Origin: a bacterium
GTDB lineage: Bacteria; Myxococcota; UBA727; JAUIJE01
Assembly (NCBI GenBank): GCA_030431455.1
Contig: JAUIJE010000002.1
Span: 65,294 to 129,293, forward strand
Reading direction: 5' to 3'
DNA length: 64,000 bases
How positions within the stretch are numbered: position 1 is the stretch's first letter; each line of letters starts with the position of its first letter. A program made the position numbers and the translations under genes. The notes under the pieces are model-generated. The model was given only the letters and a program-made list of their open reading frames with translations. It was not told the origin of the DNA and did not search any database. Positions 56,436-64,000 of this stretch are shown in pieces.

Positions 56436-57189
56436 GACAAACCCCGGCGCGCGGTGCGAACATGACCGGGTGTCGCTGCTCGTGTTGTTGCCCTGGATCG
56501 CCCTCGCGACGTTCGACGCCGACGCGGCGCTGCAGCGGGCCGACGCCCACGTGCAGAACCTCGACTACGAGCTCGCGCGCGAAGAGCTGCTGGAGCTGCT
56601 CGAGCACAACGACGAGCTGACCCCGGCCCAGCGCCGCGACGCCCACATGATGGCCGGGACCGTGGCCCGCATCCTCAACCGCGACACCGAGTCGCGCATG
56701 CACTACGCGGCCGCGCTCGAGGCGGACCCGGAAGCGTCGCTGCCCCCGGGGCAGCCGCCCAAAATCACGACCTTTTTTGACCTGGTCAAACAAGAGCGCG
56801 CGGCCCGGGCGCCCTTGCCCGCGCCCGCGCCCGAGGTGGCCCCGCCCCCCGCGCCGCCGCCGGCGGCGCCGGCCTCGACCCCCCACCTGCTCTACCTCGG
56901 GGCGGTGGCCGGCGGGGTCGCGGCCGCCGGGTTGGGCGCGGCGGTGCTCGGCGTCGGGCTTTTGCCCCTCGCCCAGTACGGCCTGGCCAAGACCGCCCTC
57001 GACGACAAAGTCTCGCAACGGGACGCGTCGGGGGTGCGCGACCTCTACACCCAACAGGACAACGCCGCGTCGAGCTTCGAGACCTGGGGCCTGCCCCTGG
57101 TGGTGGTGGGGGCGGCCACGGTGGGGCTCGGCGTGGTCGTCGGCGGCAGCGCCGGCGGTCTGTGGCTGGTCGACGGAATGGGAGAATGA
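56434..57189 (+). CDS. small TPR-like membrane-anchored protein, module copy 3
   Basis: MTNPGARCEHDRVSLLVLLPWIALATF, then NLDYELAREELLELLEH...RRDAHMMAGTVARILNRDTESRMHYAAALEADP...PPKITTFFDLVKQE, a Pro linker and a TM hairpin. Its ATG overlaps the ATG of the divergent copy-2 gene by 2 bp. Confidence 0.6.
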   Translation: MTNPGARCEHDRVSLLVLLPWIALATFDADAALQRADAHVQNLDYELAREELLELLEHNDELTPAQRRDAHMMAGTVARILNRDTESRMHYAAALEADPEASLPPGQPPKITTFFDLVKQERAARAPLPAPAPEVAPPPAPPPAAPASTPHLLYLGAVAGGVAAAGLGAAVLGVGLLPLAQYGLAKTALDDKVSQRDASGVRDLYTQQDNAASSFETWGLPLVVVGAATVGLGVVVGGSAGGLWLVDGMGE

Positions 57190-59459
57190 TGCTGCATGCA
57201 CGCGTGGTGATGCTGGGGGCGCTGCTGTGCGGCGCCGGGTGCACGCTGCCCCGCACCGAGCTCGGCAAGCCGTGTGCGGTCGACGGCGACTGCGCCGCGG
57301 GGTTTGTGTGTGTGGATGGGTTGTGTCTCGGCGACAACTTCGACGAGGTCGGCGACGGCGATGGAGACGGAGACGGAGATGGGGACGGGGACGGAGATGA
57401 CGCCGGGTCTTCTGGCGACGGAGACGGAGATGGGGACGGGGACGGCGACGACGGGGGCATGGTCGAGCCCGCGGACGGGGGCGTGACCGATGCCGCTTCG
57501 TCGGGCGACAGCGGTGTGACCGATGCCGCCGACGGGGGCGCCCAGGTCGGGCCCGACGGCGGAGCTGCCGACGCGGGGTCTTCAGGCGACGGGGATGGCG
57601 ATGGCGACGGCGATGGCGATGGCGACGGCGACGGCGATGTGACGTTTGTCGTCGACACCACCGTGGACGATTGGGACATGGATCCCGGCGACAGCGCGTG
57701 CGTGAGCTGGTCGGGGGGCTGTACGCTCCGCGCCGCGATCGAAGAAATCGGCGCGCTCGGCGGCGGGGGCACGGTGGTGGTGCAGGTCAACGCGCCCATC
57801 GAGCTCACCCAGCTCCTCGGCGTCCACCAGGACGTGACCGTGCACGGCAACGGGCTGTCTCTTTTGCCCGCGGGGGCGGACCTGCACCGGGCGTTCTACG
57901 TCGACTTCGGGGCGACCCTGACCATGGACAACGTGGCCATGCGCGGGTTCGCCACCGAGCTCGACAACCCCACCGGGGGGGCCATGGCCATCAACGGCAC
58001 CGTGCTCGGGCAGCGGTTGGTGTTCGAGGACAACCTGGCCGAGGCGTCGCCCGGCAGCGCGTCGGGGGGCGCGGTGGTGATCTGGTCCGGGGCCACCTTT
58101 GACTGCACGGGGTGCATCTTTCGGTACAATCGCATTGTGGGGCCGGGCAGCGGGGGGGCCATCGCCGCGGTGGATGGGTCGAGCCTGCGCCTGGTGGACA
58201 CCACCTTCGACAGCAACAGCGCGGACGTATACGGCGGGGCGATCTACCTGCAAGGGGGCGACACCACCCTCGACCGGTTGACGTTTGTTGACAATGTCGC
58301 TGGAGAAGGGGCCGCGTTTGGTCTGGACTGTTTTACCCCTGGCGACCATTTGGTCACCACCAGCCTGTTCGTGCGCAATGTCGCCACCAGCCCGTCCAGC
58401 GGGGCGGGGGTGGTGCACGGCTGCTCCGGGTCGGTGATCGAGTTCGCCCAGGCGACGTTTTTCCGCAACCAGCCGAGCCTGGTGGGCGGCGACCCCGCGG
58501 TGACGTTCACCGCGTCGATCCTCGACGAGACCACCACCGGGGGCATCTGCCACACGTTTATGCCCCTGGTGTTTTCCGGGGACTACAACGTGTCCGCGAT
58601 CGCCGACCCCAACTGCAGCCTCACCGGGGCCAACGACGAGGGCTCGGTGCCCACCGGGGCCTTGATCCCGGTGTGGGACTCGACGGACACCGCGTCGTGG
58701 CCGAGCCGGTCGTCCCGGGCCTGGGACAAAGTGCCGTTTGTGTTTTGCCCCCCCACCGATCGGTTTGGCCGGGCCCCGACGCCGGGGGGCGCGTGTCCCG
58801 CGGGCGCGGTGTTTGGCCCGACCGGGCTCGATGGGTTGATCAGCGGCTACTGGTCGTTCGACGACGGGCAGGGCACGGTCGCGGCCAACTACGCGAGCGC
58901 CACCAGCGCGGCCCTCGACTTTTCGTTCACCACCCCCGGGGTCTGGGTCAAGGCGCCGTTCGGGGGCCGGGCCTTCGACGTGTCGGGCACCACCGCGTCG
59001 GTGCCCATCTCGCTGCCCTGGGGCACCACCAGCACCTACAGCTTCTCCATCTGCGTGGCCCCCGATGTCGACAACAACACCGACCTCGCCATCGTCGCCC
59101 GGCTCTCGGACATCGTGACCCCCTCGGAGCTGGTGGTCGAGGTCGGCGCGATGGCCAACAAGATTTACGTGTCCAATGGGCCGGAGCTCTTGCTGCACAA
59201 CCTCGGGGACCCCAACCGCACCGAGTGTGTGGCCCTCGTCGTCGACCACCCCAACGACACAATGCGTGTGTACCGGGACGGCGCGTTGTGGGCCACCGAC
59301 TCAGCCCCCACCACCGTGTCCTTTGGCTCTTCGGTGTTGACCCTCAACCCCTCTCCCGAGTTCAGCAACTACGCCGGCCTCGTCGACGAGATGTTGGTGA
59401 TCAACCGCGCGATGTCGGTGGACGAGATCGGCTACCTGCACTCGCGCTTCGCCCCCTGA
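57186..59459 (+). CDS. large lipoprotein: Cys knot, (GD)n linker, right-handed beta-helix, C-terminal LamG-like domain, module copy 3
   Basis: Start at ATG 57186 (MMLHARVVMLGALLCGAGC lipobox ... CAVDGDCAAGFVCVDGLCLG, then GD repeats). GGCTLRAAIEE motif; beta-helix; the C-terminal ...RVYRDGALWATD...GLVDEMLVINRAMSVDEI has the LamG pattern. ATGA overlap with the small partner. Confidence 0.75.
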   Translation: MMLHARVVMLGALLCGAGCTLPRTELGKPCAVDGDCAAGFVCVDGLCLGDNFDEVGDGDGDGDGDGDGDGDDAGSSGDGDGDGDGDGDDGGMVEPADGGVTDAASSGDSGVTDAADGGAQVGPDGGAADAGSSGDGDGDGDGDGDGDGDGDVTFVVDTTVDDWDMDPGDSACVSWSGGCTLRAAIEEIGALGGGGTVVVQVNAPIELTQLLGVHQDVTVHGNGLSLLPAGADLHRAFYVDFGATLTMDNVAMRGFATELDNPTGGAMAINGTVLGQRLVFEDNLAEASPGSASGGAVVIWSGATFDCTGCIFRYNRIVGPGSGGAIAAVDGSSLRLVDTTFDSNSADVYGGAIYLQGGDTTLDRLTFVDNVAGEGAAFGLDCFTPGDHLVTTSLFVRNVATSPSSGAGVVHGCSGSVIEFAQATFFRNQPSLVGGDPAVTFTASILDETTTGGICHTFMPLVFSGDYNVSAIADPNCSLTGANDEGSVPTGALIPVWDSTDTASWPSRSSRAWDKVPFVFCPPTDRFGRAPTPGGACPAGAVFGPTGLDGLISGYWSFDDGQGTVAANYASATSAALDFSFTTPGVWVKAPFGGRAFDVSGTTASVPISLPWGTTSTYSFSICVAPDVDNNTDLAIVARLSDIVTPSELVVEVGAMANKIYVSNGPELLLHNLGDPNRTECVALVVDHPNDTMRVYRDGALWATDSAPTTVSFGSSVLTLNPSPEFSNYAGLVDEMLVINRAMSVDEIGYLHSRFAP

Positions 59460-59582
59460 GCCCCGGTCAAGAAATTCGCCGGGGTGATTTTCTCGGCCAA
59501 AAACTTTCGTCGCACCCCCTTCGCCCTCATTCTGTGACCCGTGGCGCCAACCGCCGCCACTTGTCACCCGGGAGGGCATGGA

Positions 59583-60512
59583 ATGGTCAGCGCAACCGCC
59601 GAAGAACGCCGCAAATCTGAGACCAAACAAACCGGCTGGCAGCCGGGCGAGGTCGAACCTTTGGACGTGGGCCAACCCTACGAACCCGTGCCCCCGCCCA
59701 AGGTCCACCAGCACCAGCGCAGCGGCATCATCCCCATCGGCAACCAGCTCTACCAAGGCGACACCGTCGAGACCTTGCAGAGCTTCGCCGACGACACCTT
59801 CGACTGCGCCATCACCGACCCGCCCTACAACATCGCCAAGAAGGGCAAGAAGGGCCTGGCCTGGGCCTTCTCCTCCCACGTGACCATGGACGAACAGTGG
59901 GACGCGTACTCCACCGACGAATACGAAAAGTTCACCGCGGCGTGGCTGTCCGAACTGTGCCGGGTGGTCAAAGAGAACGGCAACATCTTCATCTTCGGCA
60001 GCTACCACAACATCTACACCATCGGGGCCATCGCCACCCGCATGGACCTGCGTATTGTGAATAGCATCATCTGGGCCAAGCCGAACGCCCAGCCCAACAT
60101 CACCTGCCGGATGTTCACCGAGAGCACCGAACAGGTCATCTGGATCTGCAACAACACCAACAAGAAGGCCAAGAAATGGACGTACAACTACCAGCACATG
60201 AAAGAGCTGAATGGTGGCAAGCAGATGCGCAACTTCTGGGAGATTCCCGTCACGCCGAAGCGTGAGCGCGTGCACGGCAAACACCCGTCGCAAAAGCCCT
60301 TGCGGGTGATGGAGCGCTTGGTGCTCGCGGGCACCAACCCCGGGGACCGGGTGGTGGACTGCTTCGCGGGGTCCGGCTCGACCCTGCTCGCCTGTGACCG
60401 GCTCGACCGGCGCTGGGTCGGCATCGAACGCGACGAAGCCTACTGTGACATCGCCCACCGCCGCCTCGACGACGAACGCCGCCAGCGCCGGCTGCTCAAG
60501 ACCAACACCTGA
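59583..60512 (+). CDS. beta-class N6-adenine DNA methyltransferase, CcrM/M.HinfI family
   Basis: Start at ATG 59583, with GGGAGGG 6 nt upstream. Motif IV DPPYN comes before motif I DCFAGSGST. Strong collinear similarity to CcrM (WDAYSTDEYEKFTAAWL, GSYHNIY, HPSQKP, VGIERDEAY). No restriction-enzyme-like gene is adjacent. Confidence 0.85.
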   Translation: MVSATAEERRKSETKQTGWQPGEVEPLDVGQPYEPVPPPKVHQHQRSGIIPIGNQLYQGDTVETLQSFADDTFDCAITDPPYNIAKKGKKGLAWAFSSHVTMDEQWDAYSTDEYEKFTAAWLSELCRVVKENGNIFIFGSYHNIYTIGAIATRMDLRIVNSIIWAKPNAQPNITCRMFTESTEQVIWICNNTNKKAKKWTYNYQHMKELNGGKQMRNFWEIPVTPKRERVHGKHPSQKPLRVMERLVLAGTNPGDRVVDCFAGSGSTLLACDRLDRRWVGIERDEAYCDIAHRRLDDERRQRRLLKTNT

Positions 60513-60524
60513 CGGAGGCGCGCG

Positions 60525-61292
60525 ATGGGTTCGCCCCGTCCAGCCCACATCGCGGCCTGCGTGCTCCTGGCCTTCGCCACCCCCGCGGGGGCCCAGAGCG
60601 TGCTCTCCGACGACGACCTGCAGTTCCGCACCGACCAGGAGCTGGTCCGGCCCTACGAGGACAAGGTCCAGGCCACCCGGCGCCGGGACATCCAAGCCGG
60701 CATCATCACCGTGGGCTCCGGCGCGCTGGTGGCCGGCACCGCCGCCATCGTGGGCGCGGTGTGGGCCGGCCTCGACGCCGAACAAGGCCCGGTGAGCGAA
60801 GTCCAACTGCTCGGCGGGGGGGCGGTGATCCTCGCCGCCGGGGTCGCGGTGCTCGCGGTCCCGATCATCGACATTGTGCTGTCGCTGTCCCAAGGCAACA
60901 ACACCATTCTTCCCTACAGCTACATTGAGCCCAGCCTGTCCGGGGTGGACGGCGACGACCTCGCCGAGGACGCGGCCCGCGAAGAGGAAGTGCGCTGGCT
61001 GCTCGCGGCCTTGTGCGGCGCCACCGCCATCACCGCCTGGGTCACCGCCGCGGGGGTGGGCGCGGTGTCGGCCCTGCCCCGGGTGTTCAACGCCCCCGGC
61101 TCCACCGTGGCCTTGACCGGCATCGATCGCATCTTGCTCGGGGCCAGCGCGGTGCTGTTCGGGGCCGGCGTGACCGCGGCGGGGGTGGGCGTGTACCTGC
61201 CCTTCTCGCGCGGCAACCGCGAGATCGAACGCGACCTGCGCGACGCGGGCCCACCAGCGGCCCCCGAAGACGGGGCCGAGCCCACCGAATAA
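60525..61292 (+). CDS. secreted/membrane protein, Gly/Ala-rich TM helices (hypothetical)
   Basis: Signal peptide AACVLLAFATPAGAQS; 3-4 hydrophobic helices; GC3-biased. Confidence 0.5.
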   Translation: MGSPRPAHIAACVLLAFATPAGAQSVLSDDDLQFRTDQELVRPYEDKVQATRRRDIQAGIITVGSGALVAGTAAIVGAVWAGLDAEQGPVSEVQLLGGGAVILAAGVAVLAVPIIDIVLSLSQGNNTILPYSYIEPSLSGVDGDDLAEDAAREEEVRWLLAALCGATAITAWVTAAGVGAVSALPRVFNAPGSTVALTGIDRILLGASAVLFGAGVTAAGVGVYLPFSRGNREIERDLRDAGPPAAPEDGAEPTE

Positions 61293-61312
61293 GGTGCTAA
61301 CGTGCGTCCGCC

Positions 61313-62032
61313 ATGACCGCGCCGCTGTTCCTGCTCTGTCTCGCCGTCGGCCAAGCCCCCGCGAGCCAACCCGCGCCCGCGAGCCAACCCGCGTCGATGC
61401 CGGCGTCGATGCCCGCGTCGATGCCCGCGTCGCAACCCGCGATGACCGAGGCGCCGTTGCTCGACCCCGACGACGGGGTGTTCTCCCCCGCCGAACAGCG
61501 CGCCTACACCCGCGAGGCCTTCGCGGTGCAGGCCCGCGCGATCTGGGCCGGGACCGCCATCGTCGGCGGCGGGGTGCTCGCCACCGGCACGTTGCTCGCG
61601 GCCTTGGCCGGGGCCCAGCCCGCCCTGTGGATCGCTGCAGGGGCATTGTGGGCGGGGGCCGGGCTCTCCTTTGTCGCCGCCGGGGTCATGGCCGTGTCCT
61701 ACCAGGTGGTGATGAACGACCTGGCCCTCGGGCCCGCCCTCGAGCTGCGCGCCTGGCCGGCCAGCGACCTCGACCGGGACACGCTGGCCACCTTTCGCTC
61801 TGTCGCCCGGTGGTCGCGCTACGCGGCCGCGGCCGGGCTCGTGGGCGGCGGGGTCACGGTGGCGAGCGCGCTGGCCGGGGTCCAGCTGTTGATGCCCAGC
61901 CTCGACCTCAACCTGCGCGCGGCCTCGGCGGTGGGCACCGGGGCGGCGCTGTCCGCGGCCGGCTTCGGGGTGCTGCTCGCGATCTCACCCACCCCGTATG
62001 AAGTCGAAGCGGTGATCCGCCTCGGCGAGTAG
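61313..62032 (+). CDS. secreted/membrane protein with (ASxP) repeats, Gly/Ala-rich TM helices (hypothetical)
   Basis: MTAPLFLLCLAVGQAPASQPAPASQPASMPASMPAS...; similar architecture to the previous gene. Confidence 0.5.
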   Translation: MTAPLFLLCLAVGQAPASQPAPASQPASMPASMPASMPASQPAMTEAPLLDPDDGVFSPAEQRAYTREAFAVQARAIWAGTAIVGGGVLATGTLLAALAGAQPALWIAAGALWAGAGLSFVAAGVMAVSYQVVMNDLALGPALELRAWPASDLDRDTLATFRSVARWSRYAAAAGLVGGGVTVASALAGVQLLMPSLDLNLRAASAVGTGAALSAAGFGVLLAISPTPYEVEAVIRLGE

Positions 62033-62150
62033 CCCACGCCAAACTGTGAAGAGCGCTAGAGCGCATCTCAAAATCGAAGATGCCGTGCGCTCGCCAGGGC
62101 CACGATGAGCGCCCCATCGGGCGTCTCGTCGCTGGACACTAGAGCGCATC

Positions 62151-62552
62151 TCAGAATCGCCTGAGCAGTAGGGTTACGGCGGCGAGATGGACAAAACCGA
62201 GGTAGTTCTCGGCCTTCTCGTCCCATCTGACCGCCACTCTTCTGAAGCGTTTGAGCCAAGCGAACAGGCGCTCCACCATCCATCGTCGGCGGTACCTTCT
62301 GAACGAACGGCCGTCTTGTTTCCGCTTCGAGGGGCGAATCCCCCGCTTCTTCGGCGCGATGAATTCGATGTCGCGCGCAGCGAGAATCCGGTCGTGCTTC
62401 CCGCTGTCCCACGCCTTGTCACCAATTAGGCGTGGCGGGAGTTCATCCACGAACGCAGCGTCGAGTGTTCGTTCGGTGAGAGCAACATCGTGTCGGTTTC
62501 CTGGAGCAATAGCGAGAGCGAGAGGAAGACCATCTCCGTTTGCGATTGCCAT
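62151..62552 (-). CDS. IS5-family transposase OrfB (catalytic part; in-frame upstream extension to about 62605 via -1 frameshift)
   Basis: ...KGGSCVGVSRAGSTTKLMAIANGDGLPLALAIAPGNRHD...DKAWDSGK...WMVERLFAWLKRFRRVAVRWD shows DDE-region conservation. The stop TGA lies inside IR-L. Confidence 0.75.
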   Translation of the reverse strand: MAIANGDGLPLALAIAPGNRHDVALTERTLDAAFVDELPPRLIGDKAWDSGKHDRILAARDIEFIAPKKRGIRPSKRKQDGRSFRRYRRRWMVERLFAWLKRFRRVAVRWDEKAENYLGFVHLAAVTLLLRRF

Positions 62553-62923
62553 GAGTTTGGTCGTCGAGCCAGCCCGCGAAACCCCAACACATGATCCCCC
62601 TTTTTCGCGGGCACGTAGGTTCCGTCGATGAAGGCTTCCAAGTTGTTGATGCCGCCGCGTTCCACAAGGTCATCCCAAAGTGACTGGAGGATCTTCACAA
62701 AGACGCCCGCCTTGACCCACGACTGAAAGCGCCGATGGCACGTTTGGTACGAGGGGTACTGGCTCGGGAGGTCTGCCCATGGCGCACCCGTCCGGAGCAC
62801 CCACAAGATTCCATTCAGCACCGCACGAGCAGGCTGCGCTGGCCGCCCGCTTCCGTTCGGTCCACGCTTTTGCTCGGGAATCACTGCTTCAATCGTGGCC
62901 CACTGCGCGTTCGTAAGTTTCAT
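62426..62923 (-). CDS. IS5-family transposase OrfA (N-terminal part)
   Basis: MKLTNAQWATIEAVIPEQKRG...ILWVLRTGAPWADLP... is the typical IS5/IS427 OrfA. Productive translation ends near the slippery site GCG AAA AAG GGG (plus-strand 62600..62606). Confidence 0.8.
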   Translation of the reverse strand: MKLTNAQWATIEAVIPEQKRGPNGSGRPAQPARAVLNGILWVLRTGAPWADLPSQYPSYQTCHRRFQSWVKAGVFVKILQSLWDDLVERGGINNLEAFIDGTYVPAKKGDHVLGFRGLARRPNSWQSQTEMVFLSLSLLLQETDTMLLSPNEHSTLRSWMNSRHA

Positions 62924-63125
62924 TCCGCCCGTAGATCAGAACGAGTCCCAGCCGTCGATCGCCGTGGGCGGGAGCAATGCAATGGCGCACTCTCCAGACC
63001 CAACGGCGCCAGCTTCTCGACGTGGGTGAGGCGACCTGCGCGCCGAACAAGCAGAACCTCTTCGAAGCCCAAATGCCCGAAGAAGGCCCGGCTCGAAAGC
63101 GCCGAAGGCGATTTTGAGACGTGCT

Positions 63126-64000
63126 CTAGCCGTAGAGCTCCGACAGGGGGCCAGCGGCCATGCGGGTGGGCCCCTCGGCGCCGAACTCGTCGAGGGCCTG
63201 GCCCGCGCAGTAGCCGAACGTGTTGAACACGTTGGACACCTGCCGGTGCCCCGGCTGGTTGAGCCCGGGGAACACCAAGGTGCGCCCGCCGGTGGTGAGG
63301 CCGAGGGCGCTGCCCCCAAGAAGCAGCATGGGCCAGTCGCTGGCGGTGGAGTGGTGCTGCTCCCCGTTGTCCCCCATGAACACGATGCAGGTGTGGTCGA
63401 GCATCGATCCGCTCTGCCCCGGCTCGGGGGTGGCTTTGAGATTCTTGGCCAGGGTGGTGACCATCTCGATGTGTTGGCGGGTGACCTCGTGGATCGCGGC
63501 CAGGTAAGTGGCATTGCCAGCCGACCCGTGGTGCAGGTCGTGGCGGCCGACGTTGCTCACGCTCGCGTAGCGTACACCGAAGTGCGCGGCCCCGGTCCCC
63601 GAGGCGATCACCGCGACGTTGGTGAGGCCCCCCTTGAGCGCGGCCTCGACGATCTCGAACTGCGCGCGCAGGGTGTCGAGCGGGTTGCCGGACAGGACCA
63701 GGGGGTTGACGTCGGGGTTGGCGGGTTTGACCGCGGTGAGGGCCCCGGCTTGTTGCTCGAGGTCGATGAGGGTCTGTTGGCGGGCGGAGAGTTTTTCCAC
63801 CGCCGCGAGGTAGGTCTCGAGCTTCTCGCGCTCGGTGCTGCTGCCGGAAAAGGTGGAGAGCGAGGCCTCGATGTCGTCCTTGGCGAAGTCGAGCAATGAG
63901 CTTCGCTGGGCGAACGTGGCCTGGCCCCCGGGCGACGCCACCGAGCCGAAGAGCGAGTTGAACGCGGTGTCCGGCGACAGCAAAATCCCCGCCGCCTTGC
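63126..64000 (-). CDS. DUF1552 domain protein (C-terminal part; gene continues past the window end)
   Basis: ...DHTCIVFMGDNGEQHHS...WPMLLLGG matches DUF1552. The stop codon TAG (63126..63128) lies inside the IS right inverted repeat. Confidence 0.65.
   Translation of the reverse strand, partial: KAAGILLSPDTAFNSLFGSVASPGGQATFAQRSSLLDFAKDDIEASLSTFSGSSTEREKLETYLAAVEKLSARQQTLIDLEQQAGALTAVKPANPDVNPLVLSGNPLDTLRAQFEIVEAALKGGLTNVAVIASGTGAAHFGVRYASVSNVGRHDLHHGSAGNATYLAAIHEVTRQHIEMVTTLAKNLKATPEPGQSGSMLDHTCIVFMGDNGEQHHSTASDWPMLLLGGSALGLTTGGRTLVFPGLNQPGHRQVSNVFNTFGYCAGQALDEFGAEGPTRMAAGPLSELYG

Larger units (their letters stand above)
62139..63129 (-). mobile_element. IS5-family insertion sequence (IS427-like), two-ORF transposase with programmed -1 frameshift
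   Basis: 21-bp terminal inverted repeats: CTAGAGCGCATCTCAGAATCG (62139..62159) versus the revcomp of CGATTTTGAGACGTGCTCTAG (63109..63129), with 3 mismatches. OrfA/OrfB frames overlap at an AAAAAG slippery run. GC is about 57% against about 70% for the flanks. Confidence 0.7.

Noticed and set aside
1-64000. tRNA/rRNA genes
   Set aside because: No tRNA-like T-arm consensus (GGTTCGAATCC-type) or rRNA-like conserved stretches were recognised by eye. A covariance-model scan would be needed to be certain.

Overview
The window is about 64 kb of very GC-rich (about 70%) DNA, densely coding on both strands, and most likely from a Myxococcota (myxobacterial) chromosome. I infer the lineage from two proteins ending in MYXO-CTERM-type tails, at least eight lipoproteins with (Gly-Asp)n linkers, a Ser/Thr kinase, and strong GC3 codon bias. 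No rRNA or tRNA genes and no CRISPR array were found.

Recognisable content:
- **Kynurenine pathway genes in two places:** kmo is translationally coupled to a Ser/Thr kinase carrying a cNMP-binding domain and to a STAND-type NTPase. Separately, a 3-hydroxyanthranilate dioxygenase / ACMSD / kynB / kynU operon is present.
- **Sulfide-oxidation trio:** sulfide:quinone oxidoreductase (SQR), a DUF1641-TusE/DsrC fusion, and DsrE.
- **Cell-envelope and core genes:** PBP1A, ftsE (with no adjacent ftsX), and a bifunctional homocysteine methyltransferase/MTHFR.
- **Signalling and transport:** two two-component systems, a TonB-dependent receptor with a fused TonB-C domain plus an EF-hand lipoprotein, and an RpoH-like sigma factor.
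- **Other notable genes:** a radical-SAM/SPASM maturase, an orphan CcrM/HinfI-family N6-adenine DNA methyltransferase, and a DUF2157/DUF4401/GDYXXLXY membrane protein.
- **Mobile and repeat DNA:** an intact IS5-family insertion sequence whose transposase needs a programmed -1 frameshift, and a tandem array of hairpin repeats downstream of PBP1A.

The most unusual structure is a two-gene module present three times (6390-9425, 53338-56435 and 56434-59459). Each copy pairs a small signal-peptide/TPR-like/C-terminal TM-hairpin protein with a large lipoprotein built from an N-terminal Cys knot, a (GD)n linker and a right-handed beta-helix (plus a LamG-like domain in two copies). The two large genes of the second and third copies are translationally coupled to their small partner by ATGA overlaps. 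Copies two and three are divergent, and their start codons overlap. Two further tandem beta-helix paralogs carry MYXO-CTERM tails.

Many long S/P/R-rich ORFs in the six-frame track are antisense artifacts of this GC-rich DNA and were not called.
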